DNA from: a virus
Taxonomy: Duplodnaviria > Caudoviricetes
Reading direction: 5' to 3' (one strand)
DNA: 64,000 nucleotides
Virus record (IMG/VR): IMGVR_UViG_3300044611_001018
This document shows positions 1 through 8,585 of the stretch, in pieces (the stretch's first letter is position 1; the number at the start of each line of letters is the position of its first letter). The notes beneath the pieces are model-generated. The model saw only the letters and a program-made list of their open reading frames with translations, had not been told where the DNA came from and did not search any database. Position numbers and translations under genes: made by a program.

Positions 1-986
1 TCTTTTTTCGCGGCAGCATCAAGTTGCTGCATTACTTCTTCAGTGAAATATTGATCAGGATTTTTTAGAATCTCCTTACCATATATTTTTTTACCATTGA
101 TTTCATAGCGTCCTGCTACATTCTTCCAGAGTCCACCAATCTCACCAAGTTCCAGAAGACCATAGTAACGATCAAGACCGCGCTCATCATAATACAAACG
201 GACTTCAACATCTTTGTTCTCCTTACTCAAACGCGATTTAGCAGTCTTAGCCTTGATAATATTGCCGACCACTTCTGTTCCATCCTTTTCTTTCTTTTTG
301 CTGAGATAAATGATCGTACTTGCTGCGTACTTGAGACCAGAACCTCCACCCATTTCTTTCGTTGGTACATAAGCTCCGATGACATCGTATGTATGATTTG
401 TGACAATGAGCGGGACATTTGCTTGACCTAGTTTGAGTGTGAGCATTCGGAATGCACCTTTAACCAATTGAGATTTGGTCATGTCACGAACTTGTTTGTC
501 GTTCAGTGCATCAGTGATTTCTTTCTCTGTGGAAAGCATACCTAAAGAGTCTAGCACAAACATGCAAGGTTTGCGTTCCTCTACAGGTTTCTTAAGATAC
601 AAATCAACTGCCTTTAATGCCTTCCCGCGAAACTCTTCAATAGTAACAACATTAACAACCACCAAACGAGAAGTATCAATTCCACGAGATTCAATCAAAG
701 ATTTAGTGATAGCAGCCTCAGTATCAAAGTAGAGGCAGTAACCATCGGGATTAGTATCAAGAAAGTTCTTAACAACGGCGAGAGAGAAAAAAGTCTTTCC
801 AGTAGAAGACTCTCCAGCAATAGCAGTAATCTTATTCCCAGATACACCACCAAATATGCTACCTGAAACCAGTGCATTAAAAATGTATGAACCCGTATCA
901 ACATAAGTCTCAGTCTCATCAATATCTGATGCTAACTTAGTAAAGTCATCACCAATTTCTTTTACAATATCTTTAAGAAAATCCAT
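1..986 (-). CDS. uvsX: RecA-like recombinase UvsX (3' end runs off the left edge; absent from ORF track)
   Basis: Hand translation from ATG at 986: MDFLKDIVKEIGDDF...VDTGSYIFNALVSGS...AIAGESSTGKT (Walker A)...FVLDSLGML...GGGSGLKYAAS; frame open to position 1; follows gp43 as in T4-like cyanophages. Confidence 0.93.
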   Translation of the reverse strand, partial: MDFLKDIVKEIGDDFTKLASDIDETETYVDTGSYIFNALVSGSIFGGVSGNKITAIAGESSTGKTFFSLAVVKNFLDTNPDGYCLYFDTEAAITKSLIESRGIDTSRLVVVNVVTIEEFRGKALKAVDLYLKKPVEERKPCMFVLDSLGMLSTEKEITDALNDKQVRDMTKSQLVKGAFRMLTLKLGQANVPLIVTNHTYDVIGAYVPTKEMGGGSGLKYAASTIIYLSKKKEKDGTEVVGNIIKAKTAKSRLSKENKDVEVRLYYDERGLDRYYGLLELGEIGGLWKNVAGRYEINGKKIYGKEILKNPDQYFTEEVMQQLDAAAKK

Positions 987-1114
987 CACTTATCTCCAAT
1001 AAAAACATAATCTGGATGTTGAGATTTAAACGTCTCTACTGCCTCTTCAGTTTTAAAAAATTTAAAGAGTGATGTGTTTGGAAACTCTTTAATGTAATAA
1101 TTCAGTTTAATCAT
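986..1114 (-). CDS. Small hypothetical protein, 42 aa (MIKLNYYIKEFPNTSLFKFFKTEEAVETFKSQHPDYVFIGDK)
   Basis: Hand-translated; start and stop overlap both neighbours (TGATG-type coupling). Confidence 0.65.
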   Translation of the reverse strand: MIKLNYYIKEFPNTSLFKFFKTEEAVETFKSQHPDYVFIGDK

Positions 1115-1278
1115 CACGCTACCATCCCGTATTCTTTACGAAGTATTTCTTTATAAGGTAAACCTTGTTCTTTAAGTTCTTTAACTAATTTAAGTTTTTG
1201 ATAAAGTGCTGAATCTCCTCCCAGAGACATGGCGCGAATAATAGTATTCAGTTCGTTGTCATTAATAGGCAAATCCAT
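1114..1278 (-). CDS. Small hypothetical protein, 54 aa (MDLPINDNELNTIIRAMSLGGDSALYQKLKLVKEL...)
   Basis: Hand-translated; ATG overlaps the gp43 stop (TAATG); resembles a small ORF I recall between gp43 and uvsX in cyanophages. Confidence 0.75.
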   Translation of the reverse strand: MDLPINDNELNTIIRAMSLGGDSALYQKLKLVKELKEQGLPYKEILRKEYGMVA

Positions 1279-3773
1279 TAAGCAAAAAATAATTCAAGGT
1301 TTACAGTTTTTTCCACATTCCATCCAATTGAATCAAGAATAGATTTTAGTGGATCTACAAAACTTTTTTCAAATTGTAAGTCATAATCAATGTATTTGTC
1401 AAGATCAAGTTCCTTGGGAAAATCTTGAATAAACGAGATAATATTTTCTTGTATTGTATTTGGTTTTTTTAAATATACAAATTTAATTTTTTCTCCGTTT
1501 GCAATAAGAGAATATTTTTTAGTCAATTTTTTTTGTTTAACATAATGGTTAAACAAAAGTGCTCCTCGAATATGAATTGGAGTTCCCTTTACATAAATGC
1601 TTGAAGGGGACTGGTATTTGCGAACATCGGAAGCAGTACGGGGGAATGCAATCTGTTCTGGTGGAAGAGATTTGAATTCAGATCTACATTTATCAATGAA
1701 GTTAATTACATCCTCTTCAGTTCCACTCATCATAAGTTTTAAACCATCTTTAATCATCTTGCGACAAGGTGCAGGAGTAGAAGACTTAACCGCCTCAATG
1801 CCCATCATCTTGAGTTTAGGTTCTTCATAACGAACACCCTCACTATCCCAGACATTCAGAATGTATCTCTTCTTCGCAGTCCAGATTCCACGCTCAGCAA
1901 TGTTCTCACGCTTCATCTGCATCTTCTGGTCATAAGCATTCACATACTGAGCCAGTTCTTCGTAGCAACCTTCAATATACTTTTCAAGTTCCACTTTACA
2001 GACCTTATCAAGGAACGTAACAACGCCTTCAGTAGTTTTCTCTCTTCCCTTGTATACAGTTTCAACCATAGGACCCATATTAAGATAAATGGAGTCAGTA
2101 TCTGCAGCAATAACATAATCAACATCATCGGTTTTCAAAAGTTTATTAAGATATGCATTCATCTTATTCTCAATCCAACGGATAGATACCTGACCAGACA
2201 AGGTGATTGCCTCTGCATTTGCTAGTTTGTAATAACGGAAATACTGATTGCCGATAGCACCATAAGCAGAGTTAAGTTGAATCTTCCTCGCCATTTGGAT
2301 GTTGTTACATCTTGCAATTTCCTTTTCCAACTCTTTAGTCTTTTTCTTTTCATACTCCTGCTTTGCCTCAAGCATCTTCTTTTTATAGATGGTACGATCC
2401 TTATAAATCTTTTCCATCAACTCTGGCAAGAATCCACGAACATCCTTGCGAAACATTGCACCGTTAGCACAAACTGCTTTATCCTTATACAATTCAAATG
2501 TAATTTCTTGATTTAAAATCTTGTCAACAGTTACATTTGGATGCTTCTCTTCCAGAAGAGTTTCTGGTGAGATATTATATTGCATAATAAGATGAGGATA
2601 GAGTGAGTTAAGGTCAAAAGACACAACCCAATCATACTTACCAGGGACTGGTTCTTTTACATAAGCGCCAGCATACTTTGAATCCTTATCTGAACGTTCT
2701 TTTGGAGGAATAACAATATTTCTCTCCTTCAAATAATTAAAGATAATCGTATCCCACATCCTAACCTGATAGAATACATCCTCATAGTTTACTTTGGCGT
2801 CATATGCCATAGTAAGTGCAAGTTCAATCAATTTCATCTTGTCTTCCAAACGGTCAACAAGTTCTACGTCGATGATGTTGTATTCTACAAACTTCTGCCA
2901 ACCTTTAGTATAAAAGTCCTTGAACGTATCAAACTCAGAGTGGTCCAGTTTTTTCTGACCAAGTTCAACATTTGCAATGTGGTCCAAACGATAGGATTCT
3001 TGATTGGTGTATGTGAATTTTTTATACAAATCAAGATAATCTAATTGAGAAATTCCACCAATGTCATAAGATATTTGCTTTCTTCCAGTAACAAAAATCT
3101 CTTGTTCTGTTACTAGTCCCCAAGGAGACAATCTCTTCATCAACTTTTCACCAAGAACTCTATCTAATCGGCGGACAATATATGGAATATCATACAATTT
3201 ACTATTCCATCCAGTAATAACTTCTGGAGTATTTTCCATCCACCAATTAATAAAATCATTTAAAAGGTCATACTCATTATTAAATCTTTTATAGTAAAGA
3301 TTGCCTTTATTTAATTTAAATGGTCCTTGACCCCAAGTAATAATTTCTTTTGTTGTATAATCTTGAATTGTAATAAGTAAAACTTCTTCTGCTGCGTTTT
3401 CTACGTCTGGAAATCCATTTTCAGACGCAACCTCAATGTCAATTGTAAATAGTTTAATCTTACTAATATCAAATTTTATTTCAGATTGTGGGTATTTGTC
3501 CGATATGTATTGGTAAATATATCTTTCATTTCCGTAAACCTTAAATCCGTCTACACCTTCATATTTTTTTATAAATTCTCTACATTCTTTTACAAATCCA
3601 GGTTTAATAGATTCTACATATTCCCCAGATAAAGTTTTATAATTCGTTTTTTTATTTGAAGTAACAAAAAGGGTCGGAGTAAATTTCTCACGAGTCATGA
3701 AGTGTTTTCCATCTTCATATCCTCTTACGAGAAATTGATCCCCGACCATTTGGACGTTGGTATAAAACCTCAT
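1278..3773 (-). CDS. gp43: Family B DNA polymerase, 831 aa
   Basis: Exonuclease DIEV and polymerase motifs SFDLNSLYP, KIQLNSAYG, AADTDSIY, KKRY. Confidence 0.98.
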   Translation of the reverse strand: MRFYTNVQMVGDQFLVRGYEDGKHFMTREKFTPTLFVTSNKKTNYKTLSGEYVESIKPGFVKECREFIKKYEGVDGFKVYGNERYIYQYISDKYPQSEIKFDISKIKLFTIDIEVASENGFPDVENAAEEVLLITIQDYTTKEIITWGQGPFKLNKGNLYYKRFNNEYDLLNDFINWWMENTPEVITGWNSKLYDIPYIVRRLDRVLGEKLMKRLSPWGLVTEQEIFVTGRKQISYDIGGISQLDYLDLYKKFTYTNQESYRLDHIANVELGQKKLDHSEFDTFKDFYTKGWQKFVEYNIIDVELVDRLEDKMKLIELALTMAYDAKVNYEDVFYQVRMWDTIIFNYLKERNIVIPPKERSDKDSKYAGAYVKEPVPGKYDWVVSFDLNSLYPHLIMQYNISPETLLEEKHPNVTVDKILNQEITFELYKDKAVCANGAMFRKDVRGFLPELMEKIYKDRTIYKKKMLEAKQEYEKKKTKELEKEIARCNNIQMARKIQLNSAYGAIGNQYFRYYKLANAEAITLSGQVSIRWIENKMNAYLNKLLKTDDVDYVIAADTDSIYLNMGPMVETVYKGREKTTEGVVTFLDKVCKVELEKYIEGCYEELAQYVNAYDQKMQMKRENIAERGIWTAKKRYILNVWDSEGVRYEEPKLKMMGIEAVKSSTPAPCRKMIKDGLKLMMSGTEEDVINFIDKCRSEFKSLPPEQIAFPRTASDVRKYQSPSSIYVKGTPIHIRGALLFNHYVKQKKLTKKYSLIANGEKIKFVYLKKPNTIQENIISFIQDFPKELDLDKYIDYDLQFEKSFVDPLKSILDSIGWNVEKTVNLELFFA

Positions 3774-4033
3774 TACTTAGTCAAGTCATCATACAGTTCC
3801 TTGATTCTAGCAGTGGGTTCGGCAATAGTCAAGATTTTATCAGAATGAATCATGAATTCATTCTGAATGGTCATTTCTCCTAACCATGGTTGCAGCGTAC
3901 CATCAGAAATAATATTAAATGGTTGAACTAATTTACAATCAGGTTCTCCAATATCAGCAGATTCTGCTTCTTCAATTTGAGAAATCAGAGTTCCACCAGA
4001 AGTAAAAATAATTACCTTTGAATTTTTTGACAT
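3773..4033 (-). CDS. Hypothetical protein (Sm-like small beta-rich phage family)
   Basis: ATG at 4033 (track start 4048 is GTG); KVIIFTSGGTLISQIEE...CKLVQPF...LQPWL...DKILTIAEP pattern. Confidence 0.75.
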   Translation of the reverse strand: MSKNSKVIIFTSGGTLISQIEEAESADIGEPDCKLVQPFNIISDGTLQPWLGEMTIQNEFMIHSDKILTIAEPTARIKELYDDLTK

Positions 4034-4034
4034 A

Positions 4035-4385
4035 TCAGCAATCCTCACATGAATCGGTTAAAACAATAGATTGTTCTTGAGTTTCTTCAGTTTCTCTAAG
4101 AATATCTACAACATACATTTTGTGTAGTTCGTCTACTGGATCAATAAACGTAACAATCCAGTCAAGAGGAACTGGAAATCTAATTCCTTTGCCCAATGGA
4201 ATCCATGGACTCAATTTAATATCAAGTGATGCACTACCAGTTGATTTATTAACTTTTGGATCTGTAGTTTTTACTAAACAAGGTTTAATGAAAAAGTATC
4301 CAACTACTTTATCTTCAAGAAGCATTTCCTCAACTTTGGTAACAATCTGTTCTCCTGTTTTTACAACAGCTAATTTAATTGCCAT
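4035..4385 (-). CDS. Hypothetical protein (Sm-like small beta-rich phage family)
   Basis: IKLAVVKTGEQIVTKV...LSPWIPL...IVTFIDP pattern shared with the ORFs at 8298 and 19854. Confidence 0.8.
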   Translation of the reverse strand: MAIKLAVVKTGEQIVTKVEEMLLEDKVVGYFFIKPCLVKTTDPKVNKSTGSASLDIKLSPWIPLGKGIRFPVPLDWIVTFIDPVDELHKMYVVDILRETEETQEQSIVLTDSCEDC

Positions 4386-4408
4386 AATTTTGATAAAACT
4401 TTATTTAA

Positions 4409-4437
4409 ATACTAGCACAAAAAAGAAAATGGGGCAA
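4409..4437 (-). promoter_or_regulatory. Sigma70-type promoter TTGCCC-N17-TAGTAT with extended -10 TG, overlapping the terminator hairpin
   Basis: Minus strand reads TTGCCC cattttcttttttgtgc TAGTAT, followed by TTAAATA (4402-4408), upstream of ATG 4385. Confidence 0.55.
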
Positions 4438-4463
4438 GAGCTGATATTTGCCAGCTCTCGCCC
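4419..4463 (-). terminator. Intrinsic terminator, 12-bp stem
   Basis: GGGCGAGAGCTG-gcaaatat-CAGCTCTTGCCC (one G-U pair) followed by ATTTTCTTTTTT. Confidence 0.8.
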
Positions 4464-4488
4464 TTGCGCCGACGATATTCAGTATTAT

Positions 4489-4668
4489 TTATTCATCTCC
4501 GCCGCCACCATCACCACCATCACCCCCAGCACTTGATGCAGATCTTTTTGGAACTGCTCTGCCAGCACCAATGTTTGTCACTCTATTTTTACTATAAACT
4601 TTATGGGGTTTTGCCATTTTAAAACCTATGGTTTTAATTTCAGTAATAAATTGGCGGAATGTTTTCAT
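4489..4668 (-). CDS. 59-aa putative capsid-internal protein (MKTFRQFITEIKTIGFKMAKPHKVYSKNRVTNIGAGRAVPKRSASSAGGDGGDGGGGDE)
   Basis: Hand-translated, below the ORF-track cut-off; late-promoter motif CTAAATA at 4680-4686; N-terminus matches the T4 IPII/IPIII targeting peptide pattern MKTYQEFIAE. Confidence 0.7.
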   Translation of the reverse strand: MKTFRQFITEIKTIGFKMAKPHKVYSKNRVTNIGAGRAVPKRSASSAGGDGGDGGGGDE

Positions 4669-4682
4669 TGTTTTTATTTTAT

Positions 4683-5123
4683 TTAGAGATAATCTCTACG
4701 AGCATGATGATCTGGAACTACTTTACCAAGAACAATAGTCAACAATCCATTATCAAAGGCAACCTCTCGTACTTCAGTGTCATCAGCGATTGTCCACGCT
4801 CTTTTGAAAGATCGTTGAGCCAATCCCTTATGGAGGTAATGGGTATCAGTCTCTCTGTCCTCCTTTTGCCCTTCGACAAAAAGTTTTCCATACTCCGTGT
4901 ATACATGAACTTCCTCCTTTTTAAATCCAGCAAGTGCAAGTTCTAGGCGTGATTCCACATTGCTTACCTGAACAAGATTGTATGGTGGATAATTAGATGT
5001 AGTTTCATGAAGATTAAATAGACGATCAAAATATTCATCCATTCCAATGCTATTGCGGGTAATCCTGTCCATCAAGGCAGGCAAATCCGCAGATGTAAAC
5101 CGTGAGGTTACAAGGTTAGTCAT
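4683..5123 (-). CDS. hsp20: Small heat-shock protein (Hsp20 family), 146 aa
   Basis: NYPPYNLV, LELALAGFKKEEV, YLHKGLAQRSFKRAW, NGLLTI; AAAGGAG RBS before ATG 5123 (track start 5174 is too far upstream). Confidence 0.95.
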   Translation of the reverse strand: MTNLVTSRFTSADLPALMDRITRNSIGMDEYFDRLFNLHETTSNYPPYNLVQVSNVESRLELALAGFKKEEVHVYTEYGKLFVEGQKEDRETDTHYLHKGLAQRSFKRAWTIADDTEVREVAFDNGLLTIVLGKVVPDHHARRDYL

Positions 5124-5198
5124 TATGGTAGCTCCTTTAAAAGCGAGTTTGTATTTTGTGGACCCTTTCGGCACCCATTACTAATTATACAAGATTAC

Positions 5199-5224
5199 AA
5201 AAAAAGAGGGGTAGTAAACCCCTC
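5199..5224 (-). terminator. Intrinsic terminator downstream of regA
   Basis: GAGGGGT-ttact-ACCCCTC followed by T7; a TATAAT (5184-5189) just downstream may drive hsp20. Confidence 0.75.
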
Positions 5225-5244
5225 ACTTTTTTATACGGTTTCTA

Positions 5245-5685
5245 TTACTCATCGTCAGATGGTTTCTTCTTAGACCCAATATTATATTTTTGTTCTAGAA
5301 TCCAGTCTCCTTTATCTTTATAAGAGAGAACTTTAATTTGATTAAGTGGTGCAATGTCACTAATAGAGTCTCCATTCACAACACTAATCAGACCCCAATC
5401 CGAAAGAAGTCTTGCAATTCTATTCCTTCTTTGAATATCATTGACAGTAAGATTTGCGTGTTTGCCATCTAAAGCAAACAATTCTTTAAAGTGGGTAATA
5501 TAATATCTACCTTGCTTATGTAGAATATGGCAAGATTGATAGAGTTTTTTCTCCTTGCGCGATGCAACTCCGATGCGAGTTAAAGTTTCACGAACTTTAA
5601 GGAAGTCGTCAGGTTCATTAAGAATAACTTCCACCATCATATTGGGTGTCCAATTAACCTGAGGTTCAATAGTATTATTAGTCAT
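5245..5685 (-). CDS. regA: Translational repressor RegA
   Basis: DDFLKVRETLTRIG, LYQSCHILHKQGRYYITHFKELFALDG. Confidence 0.97.
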   Translation of the reverse strand: MTNNTIEPQVNWTPNMMVEVILNEPDDFLKVRETLTRIGVASRKEKKLYQSCHILHKQGRYYITHFKELFALDGKHANLTVNDIQRRNRIARLLSDWGLISVVNGDSISDIAPLNQIKVLSYKDKGDWILEQKYNIGSKKKPSDDE

Positions 5686-6065
5686 TTGTTCTTTCCACCA
5701 GTATCAAGTCTTTGTTTAATAAAATCGAGTTGTTCTCTAGATAAAATTTTCAGTGCTTGCATTGCTTTATCATTACTATAACTATAGTATTGTTTTACAA
5801 TATCAAGGTCGTTAACTTTATCTTTTCGGAGCCAAGGAGAGAATCTCTTCTTTTTCCTCAAACTATTTAGATAAAAAGAATATTGCAGTTCCTTGTCTAG
5901 AAAATGACTTTTATTCATTTCATTTGCAAAAAAAATTGCGTCAATATGAGATGATAGACACCTATTAATAATATAAGGTGGATAACTTTTAATTAAAGTT
6001 GGATCATCAGATACTAGATTATCTTTTGTGTGATTAATTGAATTTAACCAATCTTTTAATTCCAT
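5682..6065 (-). CDS. gp62: Clamp loader small subunit
   Basis: YPPYIINRCLS, KKKRFSPW; synteny with regA and gp44. Confidence 0.93.
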   Translation of the reverse strand: MELKDWLNSINHTKDNLVSDDPTLIKSYPPYIINRCLSSHIDAIFFANEMNKSHFLDKELQYSFYLNSLRKKKRFSPWLRKDKVNDLDIVKQYYSYSNDKAMQALKILSREQLDFIKQRLDTGGKNK

Positions 6066-6790
6066 TAATTTACTTCATTATTGTTTTCAGCATTATAGAA
6101 ATTTCCATACTTAAAATCATTAAAAGTATTTGTGGGTAATGGTTCTAAGTGTTGCATACTATCAATTGCAACATCTCCAGCTATACTAATTCGATATTCG
6201 TCACTAGTATGATATGGATAAACAATATGATTGAATTCTCCAGGGAATAAAATCATAGTTCCTTCATAATTCTTACCCAATCTATAGGGTTTTTTTTGAA
6301 TTCTTCCAACAGAATCAAGATAACAAATAGTCATATTTCCAGATTCTGGATATAATTCTGCAAGTTCTTCAGTTTGCTCATCCTGATATTCAAAAGGTAT
6401 CTTCATCCAAATAATAAAGCTCCAAATAGATTGGTGATTATGTATTGGTTGATATTCTCCTGCTCTTGAAATTCTGGTCCAAAAGCGATTAAGGCAAGGA
6501 ATTGGATAATGAGTTGTTTTACAACTCATTGGATATCCCCAACGACTAATATAAGAATTAACTGCTGGAATTAAAACTTCAGACTCAAAAAGTTTAGTTG
6601 TATCATACAAAGCCCATTGTTGATAAGGTCCCCTTTCAACAACGTTATTATCTTTATCAAGTATCCACCCATCATTAACAGTAGACTTTTTGATATAAGA
6701 CCAAAGTAAATCAATATGATATTTGTATAATTGAAACTCAAGTATACCTGGATTAATATGTGGTGTGAATTTATATTCGTAGGTAAGCAA
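6065..6790 (-). CDS. Putative 2OG-Fe(II) oxygenase-family protein, 241 aa
   Basis: EYQPIHNH..WSFIIW, GTMILFP..FNHIVYPY...EYRISIAG (cyanophage oxygenase-like pattern); TTG start with AGGAG RBS. Confidence 0.75.
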   Translation of the reverse strand: MLTYEYKFTPHINPGILEFQLYKYHIDLLWSYIKKSTVNDGWILDKDNNVVERGPYQQWALYDTTKLFESEVLIPAVNSYISRWGYPMSCKTTHYPIPCLNRFWTRISRAGEYQPIHNHQSIWSFIIWMKIPFEYQDEQTEELAELYPESGNMTICYLDSVGRIQKKPYRLGKNYEGTMILFPGEFNHIVYPYHTSDEYRISIAGDVAIDSMQHLEPLPTNTFNDFKYGNFYNAENNNEVN

Positions 6791-6803
6791 GATAATTCTC
6801 CTA

Positions 6804-6944
6804 TCAAAAAACAGCAGTTACTCCAACAACTTTTGCGCCAGGATTACGAGCGAGAGCAACTTGTCGGGCATCTTGATAATCCTTTGCAATCACTTCTTCC
6901 TTAAATACAGTTCCTGCCTTATACAATGTTACTTGACATTTCAT
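6804..6944 (-). CDS. Small hypothetical protein, 46 aa (MKCQVTLYKAGTVFKEEVIAKDYQDARQVALARNPGAKVVGVTAVF)
   Basis: ATG at 6944 within the track ORF; recalled as a small cyanophage ORF following dam. Confidence 0.75.
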   Translation of the reverse strand: MKCQVTLYKAGTVFKEEVIAKDYQDARQVALARNPGAKVVGVTAVF

Positions 6945-7761
6945 AATTAAAAAGCAATAGTTCTTTACGTTGTTTTTGCTCACGCATATATTCACCAACA
7001 GAACGCATTGTATAAGTCAAATCAAACTCAGCAGCGTTCCAGTCCTTAAATCGGTCTTTTACAAGTTGATCGGAGTTATAACTGATTAACTGATCCATAT
7101 CGTTAGTATCGCAATCAGCAGCAAACTTATCGTGATCAAATCCTTTGTGCATTGATCCCTTACGCCCATAGAGGTTGTCCTTAATATCGTAAGGAGGATC
7201 GAGATACATAAAAGCACTCTTGTTTCCATCCATCAGATAGTCGTAGGAATAATTAGTTATACGCCAATTTTTAATTAAAGCAGAATACGCAGGCAGTTTT
7301 TCGATCCCGCGCATAGAGAAGTTGGAGTTCGATGCTTGTTCTGAAAATGATGAACTCTCTGTGAGACCACTGAAGCTACACTTATTAACAACATAAAAAG
7401 CCACAGCACGATCAAAACTGGGCATATTTTTGTCATTTACATGCTCCTTTGACTTTAGGAAAAGTTCTTTAGCAAGTTCAGGAGTATTATACGCTAATTT
7501 ACAATCAACTAACTCATTTTTTAAATCATTACCAAACATCTGAAGTTGTTGCCAGAAGTTTACCAATGGTTCATATAAATCATTTACCCAAATATCTAGG
7601 TTAGGATATTTTTTTGTGATATAAATCGCAACACTTCCACCACCAAGGAATGGTTCTCGGAACTCATTATAGTTACGAAGATCTGGAAAGTATGGTCCCA
7701 TCTTCTCACAAGCACGAGACTTACCACCAGGATAACGAAGGGGAGTTTTAAGAGATTTCAT
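6919..7761 (-). CDS. dam: DNA adenine methyltransferase (Dam/D12 class)
   Basis: PLRYPGGKS, EPFLGGGS (motif I), YLDPPY (motif IV); ATG at 7761 (track start 7764 is TTG); target specificity not established. Confidence 0.92.
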   Translation of the reverse strand: MKSLKTPLRYPGGKSRACEKMGPYFPDLRNYNEFREPFLGGGSVAIYITKKYPNLDIWVNDLYEPLVNFWQQLQMFGNDLKNELVDCKLAYNTPELAKELFLKSKEHVNDKNMPSFDRAVAFYVVNKCSFSGLTESSSFSEQASNSNFSMRGIEKLPAYSALIKNWRITNYSYDYLMDGNKSAFMYLDPPYDIKDNLYGRKGSMHKGFDHDKFAADCDTNDMDQLISYNSDQLVKDRFKDWNAAEFDLTYTMRSVGEYMREQKQRKELLLFNYEMSSNIV

Positions 7762-8282
7762 CAAAGGATCTCCTGAAGATTTTCAAGAATCTGTGCAGAA
7801 GTAATTTTTTTTTCTGCTGGTTTTACATTTGAAGCAAGAATAGTAAAATCACCAGGAAGAAGTTTAAATTTTGCAACTGGAGATTTGGGAGTGAAGTAAA
7901 CGCGCTTATTAACAGTTTCCCAATCAGTAACTCCAAGTGTCATAGAATCAGTATCTACAAGGAGCATATAATCAAAAGTTTTTTCTACTACTTTTGTTTC
8001 CCCACGAAAATTCTTAAGATCGACAACACCAGTAGATCCATTTTTATTAAACATTTTAAGTTTACCTTTCATCTCATAGTTAACTTCATCAGCGGAGACA
8101 AAATCAACTCCATCTTTAAAATCACCAACATATTCAAGTTGACCATCACTCCACTTTGCAAAAGACTTTTCTTGCAACCAAGTGCGGAGAGTTTTAAATG
8201 CATTAGATTTCATTTGAGTTGTGTTAGTTGCTTTAACGCAACCAAAAAACTCTTCAAGGTTAATACGTTCAATGTTAATCAT
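7761..8282 (-). CDS. Hypothetical protein, possible PD-(D/E)xK nuclease, 173 aa
   Basis: LQEKSF...KDGVD-x9-EMK spacing; stop overlaps the dam ATG (TGATG). Confidence 0.55.
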   Translation of the reverse strand: MINIERINLEEFFGCVKATNTTQMKSNAFKTLRTWLQEKSFAKWSDGQLEYVGDFKDGVDFVSADEVNYEMKGKLKMFNKNGSTGVVDLKNFRGETKVVEKTFDYMLLVDTDSMTLGVTDWETVNKRVYFTPKSPVAKFKLLPGDFTILASNVKPAEKKITSAQILENLQEIL

Positions 8283-8297
8283 AATAAAAAATAAAAA

Positions 8298-8585
8298 TCA
8301 AAGGGATAGTTGTTTGCTAGGTGTGATGATTGGACTAAAAATTTGATTATATTGTTCTACAATTTGATCTTGAGTCTCAGATACATAAACAACATAGTGT
8401 TTATTAATTGTAATCTCTTTCACTTCTTTACTAAGAAGAGGAGACCAAGGTGCAAACCCAAGTTCACCTCTTCCAGAAGGAACCGCAACAATTGGATTTG
8501 ATAAAACAAGAGAATTTTCAGTCTCACTGATTAGATCAGCAATAACGTCTTCTCCAGTATTCAGTCTAATAAGTTTTACATTCAT
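8298..8585 (-). CDS. Hypothetical protein (Sm-like small beta-rich phage family)
   Basis: MNVKLIRLNTGEDVIADL...LGFAPWSP...HYVVYVSE; ATG 8585 overlaps the upstream TGA. Confidence 0.8.
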   Translation of the reverse strand: MNVKLIRLNTGEDVIADLISETENSLVLSNPIVAVPSGRGELGFAPWSPLLSKEVKEITINKHYVVYVSETQDQIVEQYNQIFSPIITPSKQLSL

